A DNA stretch of 64,000 nucleotides from Candidatus Eiseniibacteriota bacterium. Lineage in GTDB: Bacteria; Eisenbacteria; RBG-16-71-46. The stretch covers positions 8,672 through 72,671 of the forward strand of contig JBGAOA010000010.1 of NCBI GenBank assembly GCA_044222065.1, in the 5' to 3' direction. Within the stretch, counting starts at the first letter, position 1. Each line of letters starts with the position of its first letter. The notes under the pieces are model-generated. The model was not told where the DNA came from, ran no database searches, and saw nothing but the letters and a program-made list of their open reading frames with translations. The translations under genes were made by a program, and so were the position numbers. Positions 20,894 through 30,702 of the stretch are shown one piece after another.

Positions 20894-22786
20894 TCAGGTG
20901 GTGAGCGACTGGGTCACGCGCACCCAGTCCGAAACCGAGCGCGCGATGCCGGCGGCGTCGAGGCCGATGCGTTGCAGCAGCGCTTCGCGCTTGCCGTGCA
21001 GCACGAAGGCGTCCGGCACGCCGAGCCGGAGGTGCGGGGTCGCGGACAGGCGTTCGCGGTCGAGCATCTCGCTCACGGCGCTGCCGAAGCCGCCGGCGAT
21101 GACGTTCTCCTCGATCGTGACGATGCGGCCCACCGAGCGCGCGAGCCCGCCGATCGTGCGGACGTCCACCGGCGTGGCGAAACGCGCGTTGACGACGGTC
21201 GCCGACACGCCCTGCTGCGCGAGGATCTCGGCCGCGAGCAGCGCCGGCTGCACCATCGTGCCGAGCGCGACGAGCGCTACGTCGGCGCCGGCGCGCAGCT
21301 GTTCGGCGCGGCCGATCTCGAGCACGCGCGGCTCGCCCTCGGGCAGCGAGTCGTCGGGCACGTTCGCGCGCGGATAGCGCACCGCGATCGGGCCCGTCCC
21401 CTTCCAGTGCGCGGCCGTCCACAGCATGTCGCGCAGTTCGGCGCCGTCCTTCGGCTGCATCACGACGCAGCCCGGGATCATGCGCAGGTAGCCGACGTCG
21501 AACACGCCGTGCTGCGGCGCGCCGTCGTCGCCTACGAGGCCCGCGCGATCGATGCACAGCGCGATCTTGAGCTCCTGGATCGCGACGTCGTGGATGATCT
21601 GGTCGAACGCGCGCTGCAGGAACGTCGAGTAGATGGTCGTGAGCGGCAGCAGCCCCTCGGCCGCGAGCCCGGCGGAGAACGTCACCGCGTGCTCTTCGGC
21701 CATGCCGACGTCGAAGAACCGCTCGGGGAAGCGCTTCGCGAACTGCGTCAGTCCGGTGTTGTCCGTCATCGCCGCCGTCACGGCGACGGCGTTCGGGAAG
21801 GTCTCCCCGATCCGCACGGCGGTCTCGCCGAACACGTGCGAGTACGTCTTCTTCGTGCCCTTCGACGCGACGCCCGACTCGGGATCGAACACGCCGACGC
21901 CGTGGAACGCGGTCGCGTTGCCTTCCGCGGGCAGGTAGCCCTTGCCCTTGCGCGTCACGACGTGCAGGAGCACCGGCTCCTCGAAGCGCTTGAGGTCCGA
22001 CAGCGTTTCTTCCAGCGCGTCGAGGTCGTGGCCGTCGATCGGGCCGAAGTACTTGAAGCCGAGTTCCTCGAACAGCACGCCCGGGACGAGCAGGTTCTGC
22101 AGCCCCTCCTTCACGCGGCTCGCGCCCTCCTGCGCGCGGAACGCGCGGGGCAGCTTGCCGAGCAGTTCCCAAACGTCGTGTTCGAAGCGGCGGTAGATGC
22201 GGCTCGTCGTGAGCTTCGTCAGGTAGCGCGCGATCGCGCCGACGTTCGGCGAGATGCTCATCTCGTTGTCGTTCAGGATCACGATGAGGCGGCGTCCGAT
22301 TTCGCCGGCGTTGTTGAGCCCCTCGAACGCCATGCCGCCCGTCAGCGCGCCGTCGCCGATGACGGCGATGACGTGGTGCTTCTCGCCGCGCAGGTCGCGC
22401 GCTGCGGCGAAGCCGAGCGCCGCACTGATCGACGTGCTGCCGTGGCTCGTGCCGAACGGATCGTGCGGACTCTCGGCGCGGCGCGGATAACCCGCGATGC
22501 CGTCGATCAGCCGCAGCGTGTCGAAGCGGCCGTAGCGGCCGGTGACGAGCTTGTGCGGATAGGACTGGTGACCGACGTCCCAGATGATCTTGTCCGTCGG
22601 CGAGTCGAACACGCGGTGGAGCGCGATCGTCAGCTCGACGACGCCGAGGTTCGGAGCCAGGTGCCCGGCGTTGCGCGCCACGGTCTGGATGACGACGTGG
22701 CGGATCTCCTGGGCGAGCGCGCCGAGCTCGGCGCGCGAGAGGCGCTTGAGATCCGCGGGCGACTGGATGCGATCGAGCAGGCTCAT
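20894..22786 (-). CDS. dxs: 1-deoxy-D-xylulose-5-phosphate synthase
   Basis: MSLLDRIQSPADLK, GHLAPNLGVVEL, WDVGHQ, GDGALTGG, NDNEMSI, DRAGLVG, RYPR. Confidence 0.97.
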   Translation of the reverse strand: MSLLDRIQSPADLKRLSRAELGALAQEIRHVVIQTVARNAGHLAPNLGVVELTIALHRVFDSPTDKIIWDVGHQSYPHKLVTGRYGRFDTLRLIDGIAGYPRRAESPHDPFGTSHGSTSISAALGFAAARDLRGEKHHVIAVIGDGALTGGMAFEGLNNAGEIGRRLIVILNDNEMSISPNVGAIARYLTKLTTSRIYRRFEHDVWELLGKLPRAFRAQEGASRVKEGLQNLLVPGVLFEELGFKYFGPIDGHDLDALEETLSDLKRFEEPVLLHVVTRKGKGYLPAEGNATAFHGVGVFDPESGVASKGTKKTYSHVFGETAVRIGETFPNAVAVTAAMTDNTGLTQFAKRFPERFFDVGMAEEHAVTFSAGLAAEGLLPLTTIYSTFLQRAFDQIIHDVAIQELKIALCIDRAGLVGDDGAPQHGVFDVGYLRMIPGCVVMQPKDGAELRDMLWTAAHWKGTGPIAVRYPRANVPDDSLPEGEPRVLEIGRAEQLRAGADVALVALGTMVQPALLAAEILAQQGVSATVVNARFATPVDVRTIGGLARSVGRIVTIEENVIAGGFGSAVSEMLDRERLSATPHLRLGVPDAFVLHGKREALLQRIGLDAAGIARSVSDWVRVTQSLTT

Positions 22787-23210
22787 CAGGTGAGCTTGGC
22801 CCAGACGAGGGCGCTGGCGACTCCCAGGAGGCCGCCGACGAGGACCTCGAGCGGCGTGTGGCCGAGCAGCTCCATCAGACGCTGCGTGTCCGCGCCCGGA
22901 TCCCGGAAGTGCTCGTCGATCAGGCGGTTGAGAATCGCGGGGCCGACCCGCGCGCACGCCGCAAACCGGCGGCATCATACATGACGATCAGGCTGAAAAA
23001 CAGCGTCACGCAGAACAGCGACGAGGTGAAGCCGTCGCGCAGCCCGATCGACGTGCTGAGCGCCGCGACCGAGGCCGCGTGCGAACTCGGCATGCCGCCG
23101 GTGGCGACGAAGCGCCGCAGGTTCCAGCGTCCCGATCCGAGATAGGCGCGGAATCCCTTGTACCCCTGCACCGCGAAACCGACGCCGAGTGCGAGCCAGA
23201 ACGGTTCCGT
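22786..23210 (-). pseudogene. Divergent PAP2 (DUF212) family protein, frameshifted near 22945 and with an apparent ACG start
   Basis: GGMPSSH and VMYDAAGLRR are in one frame; AILNRL...LMELLGHTPLEV..G is in another, with TGATG coupling to dxs. May be sequence error. Confidence 0.8.
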
Positions 23211-23265
23211 GACGACCTCCCTGTGAGCGCCGCCCGCTCCCGATGCCGTGCGCGCGGCGCGCCGG

Positions 23266-23294
23266 ATGCTGCGGGTGGCGGCACGGACTGTCAA
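23266..23294 (-). promoter_or_regulatory. Sigma70-type promoter upstream of PAP2-dxs
   Basis: TTGACA-N17-CAGCAT. Confidence 0.55.
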
Positions 23295-23312
23295 TGCCCG
23301 CGCCGATCGGCC

Positions 23313-24245
23313 TCAGCGGTTGCGCTCGGTGACCTCGACGACGAGCGATGCGAGCCTTCGAGCGCGCGGTCCGAACGACTCGATCGTCGAGAGCGCCTCC
23401 GTGAAGTAGCCGGCCGCGTCCTCGATCGCGCGCGACACGCCGACCGCGCGCGGCCAGGTGGCCTTGCGCTTCTTCGCGTCGGTCCCCGCGCGCTTGCCGA
23501 GCTTGCCGAGCGTGGAGCCCGCGTTCAGAAGGTCGTCCTGGATCTGGAACGCCACGCCGAGTTCCATGCCCGCACCGGCGAGCGCCTGCACCGCGCGGGA
23601 GTCGCCGCCGCCCGCGAGCGCGCCGAGCGCGACCGCGGCGCCCATCAGCGCGCCCGTCTTCTTCGTGTGGATGGACTCGACGATCTCGCGCGTCGCCTTC
23701 CGTCCTTCCGCGGCGACGTCCTCGGCCTGGCCGCCGACGAGCGCGTGCGCGCCGGCCGCCATCGCGAGCAGCTGCGTCGCGGCGATCGCGCGGCGCGGTT
23801 CCTTGCGGACCGCGGGGAGCCGCATCAGCTCCTCGAAGGCGAACGCGAGCAGCGCGTCGCCCACGAGCACGCCGAGCGCTTCGCCGTACTTCTTGTGGGT
23901 CGTGAGGCGTCCGCGGCGGTAGTCGTCGTCGTCCATCGCGGGCAGGTCGTCGTGCACGAGCGAGAACGCGTGCACGCACTCGATCGCCGCGGCGGCGGGC
24001 AGCGCGTCGCGCCACTTCCCTCCCACGGCTTCGCACGCGGTGAGCGCGAGCATCGGACGCAGGCGCTTGCCCGGGGACAACGCGGCGTACTGGATCGCCG
24101 CGCCGAGACGGCCCGGGGGCACGGCATTCGCGGTCAGGGTGCGTCGCAGGTAGCGCTCGAACTCGGCTTTGAGCGGCAGCAACGACGTGCGCGAGGGGCG
24201 CACGCGCGAGCTGCGCCGGGCGGATGCGGCCACGCGGCGCGGCAT
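23313..24245 (-). CDS. ispA: Farnesyl/geranylgeranyl diphosphate synthase
   Basis: GKRLRP, SLVHDDLPAMDDDDYRRG, KTGAL, FQIQDD. xseB-ispA-dxs synteny. Confidence 0.94.
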   Translation of the reverse strand: MPRRVAASARRSSRVRPSRTSLLPLKAEFERYLRRTLTANAVPPGRLGAAIQYAALSPGKRLRPMLALTACEAVGGKWRDALPAAAAIECVHAFSLVHDDLPAMDDDDYRRGRLTTHKKYGEALGVLVGDALLAFAFEELMRLPAVRKEPRRAIAATQLLAMAAGAHALVGGQAEDVAAEGRKATREIVESIHTKKTGALMGAAVALGALAGGGDSRAVQALAGAGMELGVAFQIQDDLLNAGSTLGKLGKRAGTDAKKRKATWPRAVGVSRAIEDAAGYFTEALSTIESFGPRARRLASLVVEVTERNR

Positions 24246-24577
24246 CAGAAGGGCAACTCGTTCTCGCCGGGCGTGCCCGGCTCGAGCGTCGTGACGGCGG
24301 TGGTCGGCTTGCGGCGCTTCGCGCGCGCTCCGGACTCGGACGCCCCGGGCGCATCGTCCGCCTCGCCCTCGACGAGCGTCTCGATCGCCTGCTCGGCGTC
24401 GTCGAGCGTGCGGCCGAGCCGCTTCGAGAGCTTCATGCCCTCCTCGTAGTGTCGCAGCGACTGCTCGAGCGACAGCGAGCCGCTCTCGAGCTCCTCGACG
24501 ATCGTCTCGAGCCGGTCGAGGGCGTCCTCGAACGACGGCGCTTCGGTCTCGGCCTCAGGGTTCTTGCGGGCGGTCAT
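24245..24577 (-). CDS. xseB: Exodeoxyribonuclease VII small subunit
   Basis: SFEDALDRLETIVEELESGSLSLEQSLRHYEEG. Confidence 0.94.
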   Translation of the reverse strand: MTARKNPEAETEAPSFEDALDRLETIVEELESGSLSLEQSLRHYEEGMKLSKRLGRTLDDAEQAIETLVEGEADDAPGASESGARAKRRKPTTAVTTLEPGTPGENELPF

Positions 24578-25937
24578 CGGGGTCTCCGGGGCGAACGGCT
24601 TCGATCCGCGCGTCGGCTTCGCCGCGCGCGAATTCGAGCGTGACGAGCTGGCCGCTCGTGAGCGCGGACGCGGCGCGCAGCAGAGTACCGTCGGCCGCGC
24701 GCGCGAGGCAATACCCGCGCTCGAGCACCTGCCGCGGCGACAGCGCGCGCAGGCGGTCCTCGACCGCGGTCAGTCGCGAGCGGCGCGACTGGAGGCCCGA
24801 GACGAGCGCCGCCTCGAGCCGTGCCGAGACGTTCGCGACCCGTTCGCGGCGCGATTCGAGCGCGCGCGGGAACTCGCGCAGCCCGTACGCGCCGGCGAGG
24901 CGCGCGAGCCGCTCGCGCCCCGCGCGCACGCGGGCGCGCAGCGCCGTGCGGACCCGTTCGAGCGCGTCGTCCACGCGCTGACGGAAGCGCTCGACGACGT
25001 CGCCGAGCCGGCGGAAGCCGTGCTCGCGCACGAGCGTGTCGAGCCGGCGGCGGCGCTCGGCGAGCCCCTGGCGTAGCGCGCGTTCGGCGCGCGCACGCAG
25101 CTGCTCGATCCGGCGCGCGACCTCGTCGCGGCTCGGCACGGCGAGCTCGGCGGCGTTCGACGGCGTCGCCGCGCGCACGTCGGCGGCGAAGTCGGCGAGC
25201 GTCGTGTCCACCTCGTGGCCGACCGCCGAGATCACCGGCAGCCGCGACGACGCGATCGCGCGCACGACGACCTCTTCGTTGAACGCCCACAGGTCCTCGA
25301 GCGAACCGCCGCCGCGACCGACGATCAGCACGTCCACCTCGCCGTAGCGGTTGAAGCGCTCGATCGCTGCGGCGATCTCTTCGGCGGCCCCCTCCCCCTG
25401 CACGCGCACGGGCGCGAGCACGATGCGGATCGCGGGCCAGCGCGTGCGCAGCACCTTCACGACGTCGCGCACGGCGGCGCCGACCGGCGACGTGACGACG
25501 CCGATGCTCGTCGGGTAGCTCGGCAGCGGCCGCTTGCGCGCCGCGTCGAACAGCCCTTCGGCCTGCAGGCGGCGCTTGAGCTCTTCGAGCTGCTGGAGCA
25601 GCGCGCCGAGTCCCGCCGGGCGCATCTCGCGCACGATGAGCTGGTAGCTCCCGCGCGGCGCGTAGACGTCGATCTTGCCGAGCGCCTCGACCTCGATGCC
25701 GTCCTTCGGATCGAACGCGAGGCGCGCGGCGGGCTGCCGCCACATCGCGCAGGCGAGCACCGCCTCGCGGCCCTCCTTGAGCGTGAAGTAGACGTGTCCC
25801 GAGTCCGGTCGCTTGACGCCCGACAGCTCGCCGCGCACCCACACGTCCGGGAACTCGCCCTCGAGCGTGTCCTTGATCGCCCGCGTCAGCTCGAGCACCG
25901 AGTACACGCGGTCGTCGTGCACGGGCAGCGTGCTCAC
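24555..25937 (-). CDS. xseA: Exodeoxyribonuclease VII large subunit
   Basis: VWVRGELS, SGHVYFTLKE, RGGGSLEDLWAFNEE, SAVGHEVD, ATPSNAAE, LSPRQVLERGY. Confidence 0.97.
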   Translation of the reverse strand: MSTLPVHDDRVYSVLELTRAIKDTLEGEFPDVWVRGELSGVKRPDSGHVYFTLKEGREAVLACAMWRQPAARLAFDPKDGIEVEALGKIDVYAPRGSYQLIVREMRPAGLGALLQQLEELKRRLQAEGLFDAARKRPLPSYPTSIGVVTSPVGAAVRDVVKVLRTRWPAIRIVLAPVRVQGEGAAEEIAAAIERFNRYGEVDVLIVGRGGGSLEDLWAFNEEVVVRAIASSRLPVISAVGHEVDTTLADFAADVRAATPSNAAELAVPSRDEVARRIEQLRARAERALRQGLAERRRRLDTLVREHGFRRLGDVVERFRQRVDDALERVRTALRARVRAGRERLARLAGAYGLREFPRALESRRERVANVSARLEAALVSGLQSRRSRLTAVEDRLRALSPRQVLERGYCLARAADGTLLRAASALTSGQLVTLEFARGEADARIEAVRPGDPDDRPQEP

Positions 25938-25938
25938 C

Positions 25939-27627
25939 TCAGCGCATCGCTCCGGCGGCGAGCCGCTCGGCGGCGAGCACCGTGTTCGCGACGACCATCG
26001 CGACGGTCATGGGGCCGACGCCTCCCGGGACCGGCGTCAGCGCTCCGGCGACCGGGCGCACCGACGCCGCGTCCACGTCGCCCGTGATGCGCGAGCCGGT
26101 GCGGCGCGTGGCGTCCGCGACGCGGTGGATGCCGACGTCCACGACGACGGCGCCGGGCTTCACCCACGACGCGTCGATGCTCTCGGGGCGGCCGATCGCG
26201 CACACGAGCAGGTCGGCTTCGCGCGCGAGTTCGCGCAGCGCCGGGCCGCTCGCGCTGTGTCCGATCGTGACCGTCATGTTCGCGTCCTTGCCCGAGAGCA
26301 GGTTCGCCATCGGGCGGCCGACGATGTTGCTGCGTCCGAGCACGACGGCGCGCCGGCCCGCGAGCGGGATCTCGTAGTGCCGCAGCAGCTCGAACACGCC
26401 GCGCGGCGTGCACGGCACGAAGCACGGCAGTCCCGAGGCGAGGCGACCCGCGTTCTCGGGATGGAAGCCGTCCACGTCTTTCGCGGGCGGGACGGCTTCG
26501 AGCACGGCCTGGGCGTCCGCGGGCGCGGCGAGCGGCAATTGGACGAGGATGCCGTGCACGTCCGGATCGGCGCCGAGAGTCTGCACCTTTTGGACGACGG
26601 TGCGCGTGTCGGTGCCTGCGGGAAGCTGGATGCGGCGCGATTCGATCCCGGCTTCGGCGCACGCCTCGCCCTTGCGCTTCAGGTAGATCTGCGACGCGGG
26701 GTCCTCGCCCACCGAAACGAGCGCGAGCACGGGCTGCACGCCGGCGTCGACGAGCGTCGCGACGCGCGCGCGGCAGGCGAGCCGCACCGCGAGCGCCGGC
26801 TCCTCGCCGCCGAGGAGTCGCGCGCCGCCCGTGTCGGCGGCGCTCGCGAGCGGCACCTGCAGCCGGCGGATCGCGCTCGTGCGGCCGGTCGCGGGATCGA
26901 TCGTGAGCAGCACGCCGTTCAGTCGCACGTCGCCGGTCGCGGGCTGGAGGCGCTCGGGCAGGCCGCGCGTGAAGCGGCGCAGCGCGGCGTGCCGGTCCAT
27001 GCCGATCACCGATTCGAAGCCGCCGGTCATGCCGGCGTCGGACAGGCACGCGGTGCCGCCCTCGAGGATGCGCTCGTCGGCCGTCTGCACGTGCGTATGC
27101 GTGCCGAGCACCGCGCTCACGCGGCCGTCGAGGTGCCAGCCGAGCGCGACCTTCTCGGCGGTCGTCTCCGCGTGGAAGTCCACGAGGATCGTGCGCACCC
27201 CGGCGCCGCGCAGCGCCTCGACCGCCGCGTCGCTCGCACGGAACGGATCGTCGGCTTCCTTCATGAAGACGCGGCCGAGCAGGTTCACGACGCCGACCGC
27301 CGAGCCGTCGCGCGCGCGGAACGTGCGCCAGCCCTCGCCCGGAGTGCCCGGCGGCAGGTTCGCCGGACGCACGAGGCGCGGCTCCTCGGCGAGGTAGTCC
27401 ACGGACTCGCGCTTGTCCCACAGGTGATTGCCGCCCGTGAGCACGTCCACGCCGGCGTCGAACAGGTCGCGCGCGGTGTCGCGAGTGACGCCGTAGCCGG
27501 CGGCGGAGTTCTCGCAGTTGCAGACGACGAGATGGACGTCGTGCCGTTCGCGCAGCCGCGGGAGCAGGGCGCGCACCGCGTCGCGTCCGGGCGAGCCGAC
27601 GACATCGGCGATGAAGAGCAGGTTCAC
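25939..27627 (-). CDS. folD: YmdB-like metallophosphoesterase fused to FolD (methylene-THF dehydrogenase/cyclohydrolase)
   Basis: N-half: ADVVG, NCEN, TGGNH, DFHAETTAEK, GTHTHVQTAD, DAGMTG. C-half: YxxxK, HGILVQLPL, KDVDGFHP, PCTP, GRSNIVG, TPVPGGVGPMT. One uninterrupted 562-aa ORF. Confidence 0.92.
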   Translation of the reverse strand: MNLLFIADVVGSPGRDAVRALLPRLRERHDVHLVVCNCENSAAGYGVTRDTARDLFDAGVDVLTGGNHLWDKRESVDYLAEEPRLVRPANLPPGTPGEGWRTFRARDGSAVGVVNLLGRVFMKEADDPFRASDAAVEALRGAGVRTILVDFHAETTAEKVALGWHLDGRVSAVLGTHTHVQTADERILEGGTACLSDAGMTGGFESVIGMDRHAALRRFTRGLPERLQPATGDVRLNGVLLTIDPATGRTSAIRRLQVPLASAADTGGARLLGGEEPALAVRLACRARVATLVDAGVQPVLALVSVGEDPASQIYLKRKGEACAEAGIESRRIQLPAGTDTRTVVQKVQTLGADPDVHGILVQLPLAAPADAQAVLEAVPPAKDVDGFHPENAGRLASGLPCFVPCTPRGVFELLRHYEIPLAGRRAVVLGRSNIVGRPMANLLSGKDANMTVTIGHSASGPALRELAREADLLVCAIGRPESIDASWVKPGAVVVDVGIHRVADATRRTGSRITGDVDAASVRPVAGALTPVPGGVGPMTVAMVVANTVLAAERLAAGAMR

Positions 27628-27750
27628 GATGGGGATCCTCGAAGTTCCGGGCCGCGCGGCGCCGGGGCCGTGCGCGGGCCGAGTGACGCCCGCGGCGCGG
27701 CGACGCGCGCCGCGGCAGCATACGTCATCGGAGCACGCGGGCGCGCGCGC

Positions 27751-28185
27751 TCAGCGGACGATCGCGAGTCCGTGAGCGCCGGACGGCAGCGCCGCGCGGT
27801 TCGGTGCGACGGGCGGAGGCTCCACCCAGAAACGGTCGTTCACGACGAACGTGAAGCGCGTCGTGTCGCCGGGGCGCAGGTCCGCGATCCGCACCGATCG
27901 CTGCCACACGTTCTCGTCCTCGTCGAGCGGGTCGCGCGCCGGGTCCCAGCCGTTGAACGCGCCGACGACCGAGACGCGGCGGATGCGCAGGTCGCGCAGC
28001 GCGACGCTGTCGCCCGTGCCCTCCCAGCGCGTCCACGCGTAGCGCTTCGGCACGAACGTGAAGCGCGCGCGCGCGCCGCGCCAGCGCGCGCCGAGCGCGT
28101 GCGGTGCGGACGGCCGGCGCTCGATCGTCGCGACGAGCGCGACGATCCCGGCGACGAGCATCAGCAGTGCGAGCGCGCGTCCCAC
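27751..28185 (-). CDS. Membrane-anchored or exported protein with a CBM48/glycogen-binding-like domain
   Basis: N-terminal hydrophobic helix, then VSVVGAFNGWDP...W...LRPG...FTFVVND..W. Confidence 0.65.
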   Translation of the reverse strand: MGRALALLMLVAGIVALVATIERRPSAPHALGARWRGARARFTFVPKRYAWTRWEGTGDSVALRDLRIRRVSVVGAFNGWDPARDPLDEDENVWQRSVRIADLRPGDTTRFTFVVNDRFWVEPPPVAPNRAALPSGAHGLAIVR

Positions 28186-28194
28186 CGCCGCCTC

Positions 28195-29748
28195 CTACTT
28201 CGCGTAGTCCACGGCGCGCGTCTCGCGGATGACCGTGACGCGGATCTGGCCGGGGTACTCGAGTTCCTTCTCGATGCGGCGCGCGATCTCGCCGGCGAGG
28301 CCGTGCGCGCGCGCGTCGTCCACCTTCTGGTGTTCGACCATGATGCGCACTTCGCGGCCGGCCTGGATCGCGTACGACTTCTCGACGCCCGGGAACGCGT
28401 TCGCGATCTTCTCGAGCGCCTCGAGGCGCTTGATGTAGATCTCGAGGCTCTCGCGGCGCGCTCCGGGACGGGCGCCCGAGATCGCGTCGGCCGCGCTCAC
28501 GAGCACCGGCCACAGGCTTCCGCCGGCGTAATCGTCGTGGTGGTAGCCGATCGCCTCGAGCACGGGCTGCGGCTCACCGTAACGCGCGGCGACCTCCATG
28601 CCGAGCGCCGGGTGCGTGCCCTCCTGGTCGTGGTCGATCGCCTTCCCGATGTCGTGCATGAGGCCGCCGCGCTTCGCCATGCGCTGGTCCATGCCGATCT
28701 CGGCGGCCATCATGCCGGAGAGGTGCGCGACCTCGATCGAGTGCTTGAGGATGTTCTGGCCGTAGCTCGTGCGGTAGTGGAGCCGGCCGAGCAGGTTCTG
28801 CAACTCGGGGTGGATGCCGTGCACGCCGACCTCGAGGCAGGCCATCTCGCCGAGTTCGCGGATCTTGCTCTCGACCTCGGTCTTCACCTTCGCGACGACC
28901 TCCTCGATGCGCGCCGGGTGGATCCGGCCGTCCGAAACGAGTCGCTCGAGCGCGAGGCGCGCGATCTCGCGGCGCACCGGATCGAAGCCCGACAGGATCA
29001 CCGCCTCGGGCGTGTCGTCGATGATCACGTCGACGCCGGTGATGATCTCGAACGAGCGGATGTTGCGGCCCTCGCGCCCGATGATGCGGCCCTTCATGTC
29101 GTCGCTCGGCAGGTGGACGACCGACACCGAGGACTCCGACGCGTGTTCGCCCGCGTAGCGCTGGATCGCGATCGTGATGATCTTGCGCGCCTCGCGTTCG
29201 GCGTTGCGCTGCGCGCCGTCGCGGACCTCGGCGACGAGCCGCGCGGCCTCGGCGCGCGCCTCGGACTCGATGCTCGCGACGAGCTGGTGACGCGCGTCCT
29301 CCTTCGTGAGCCCCGAGACGCGCTCGAGCCGGGTCGTCTGTTCGCGGATCAGCCCGTCGAGTTCGGTGTTGCGCGTCGTGACGGCGGTCTCGCGGGTCGC
29401 GAGGTCGTTCTCCTGGCGCTTGAGATCGCGCTCCTTCTTCTCGATGAGCTCGACCCGACGGTTGAACGCCGCTTCCTTCTCCTGGAACGCGCGCTCGGCG
29501 GCGAGCTGGTTCGTGCGCGCGGCCTGCGTCTCGCGCTCGACTTCCTGCTTGAGCTGGAGCGCTTCCTCGCGGCCCTCGAGGACCGCGTCGCGCTTGAGGC
29601 TGTCGGCCTCGCGGGCCGCGCGTTCGAGGGTCTGCTTCGCCTGCGCTTCCGCCGCGTCGAGGCGGATGCGACCGAGACGGGACCGCACGAAGTAGCCGAT
29701 CACGAAGGCGGCGAGCGCGGCGCCGCCGGTCGCGAGTGCGATGTTCAT
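28195..29748 (-). CDS. rny: Ribonuclease Y
   Basis: N-terminal TM helix, coiled coil, KH domain [15 protein letters not shown] domain [26 protein letters not shown]. Confidence 0.97.
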   Translation of the reverse strand: MNIALATGGAALAAFVIGYFVRSRLGRIRLDAAEAQAKQTLERAAREADSLKRDAVLEGREEALQLKQEVERETQAARTNQLAAERAFQEKEAAFNRRVELIEKKERDLKRQENDLATRETAVTTRNTELDGLIREQTTRLERVSGLTKEDARHQLVASIESEARAEAARLVAEVRDGAQRNAEREARKIITIAIQRYAGEHASESSVSVVHLPSDDMKGRIIGREGRNIRSFEIITGVDVIIDDTPEAVILSGFDPVRREIARLALERLVSDGRIHPARIEEVVAKVKTEVESKIRELGEMACLEVGVHGIHPELQNLLGRLHYRTSYGQNILKHSIEVAHLSGMMAAEIGMDQRMAKRGGLMHDIGKAIDHDQEGTHPALGMEVAARYGEPQPVLEAIGYHHDDYAGGSLWPVLVSAADAISGARPGARRESLEIYIKRLEALEKIANAFPGVEKSYAIQAGREVRIMVEHQKVDDARAHGLAGEIARRIEKELEYPGQIRVTVIRETRAVDYAK

Positions 29749-29790
29749 GACTCTATTCCTCCGGCCCTGCGACGGGGCCCGAGGCAAGGG

Positions 29791-29987
29791 AGATTCCCCG
29801 CCGGTTGCCGTGTGCGGTGAAGTTCTTGAGACCTGGAACGAACCAGGTGGGTGCCCCTGTCGACCGGGTCTGCCCCCCACGCGTCCGACCGCGACGGTGG
29901 TTCGACTTCGCCGGCCACCGGAACTCCCGTGACTTCACATTGTGGTTCAAGAACTGTGACGCATCACGAGCACGGCAGGGAAAACTC
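29791..29987 (-). ncRNA. ssrS: 6S RNA
   Basis: Sits between zapA and rny. Ends pair (TTCCCTGCCGTG with CACGGCA..CGGGGAA), TTCTTGA pairs with TCAAGAA, central bubble, CCCACCTG; about 195 nt. Confidence 0.88.
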
Positions 29988-30004
29988 TGGCGACGCGGTC
30001 TCCC

Positions 30005-30316
30005 TCAGCGTTGCGAACCGTCGTGCAGCAGGTCGTCCAGCACGGCGTTCAGGCGCGCGGCGCGATCGGAGAGCTTGACGTTCTCGTCCTTCTGCTTCGC
30101 GCGCTCCTTGAGGAGTTCGTCCGCGATATTGAGGGAGGCGAGGATCGCCACCTTGGAGAGCGAGGCCACCGGCAGCTTCTCGGTGATCTCGCGCATCTTT
30201 CGGTCCACGTACTCGGCGACCCTGAGGATGTACTCACGGTCGGCCTCGCCGCGGATGGAATACGTGTGTCCGAAGATCTGGACCTGCACCAGATTCTTGG
30301 CGTCCCGCGTCTCCAT
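30005..30316 (-). CDS. zapA: Cell division protein ZapA
   Basis: VQIFGHTYSI...VAEYVDRKMREI...AILASLNIADEL. Confidence 0.93.
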   Translation of the reverse strand: METRDAKNLVQVQIFGHTYSIRGEADREYILRVAEYVDRKMREITEKLPVASLSKVAILASLNIADELLKERAKQKDENVKLSDRAARLNAVLDDLLHDGSQR

Positions 30317-30402
30317 GGCGCCTACCCCGCTTCGCCGAAGTTCCCTGCGTCGGTACCTATTGAGTCGCGAAGTCGCGAGCCCCGAGGGGGCGTGGCTCCG
30401 CG

Positions 30403-30702
30403 CTACACCTCGAGGCGCTCGAGCTTCTTGATGAGCGTCTCGATTCGATTGGCCACGTCGCGCCGCTCGGCGGTCCACTCGCGCTGCTCCTTGCGGAGCG
30501 CGTGGACTTCCTGCACGAGCGCGGCGGCGTCCTGGCCCTGAAGCTTGGTTTCGAGTTCGAGCAGGCGGCGCTGCAGTTCGGCGCGCTCGCCTTCGAGTCG
30601 GGTGCGGTCGTCGCGCAACTGCGAGACCAGGGCCGCCGCCTTCTCCACGCGGTCGGTGAGTCGGTCGAGATCGCTCTGCTGGATCGTCGTCAGTTCGCTC
30701 AT
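30403..30702 (-). CDS. zapB: ZapB-like coiled-coil protein
   Basis: LDRLTDRVEKAAALVSQLR heptad repeats; pheT-zapB-zapA position. Confidence 0.65.
   Translation of the reverse strand: MSELTTIQQSDLDRLTDRVEKAAALVSQLRDDRTRLEGERAELQRRLLELETKLQGQDAAALVQEVHALRKEQREWTAERRDVANRIETLIKKLERLEV

Noticed and set aside
29791..29987. Structured intergenic RNA as a novel ncRNA
   Set aside because: Position and secondary structure match ordinary 6S RNA.
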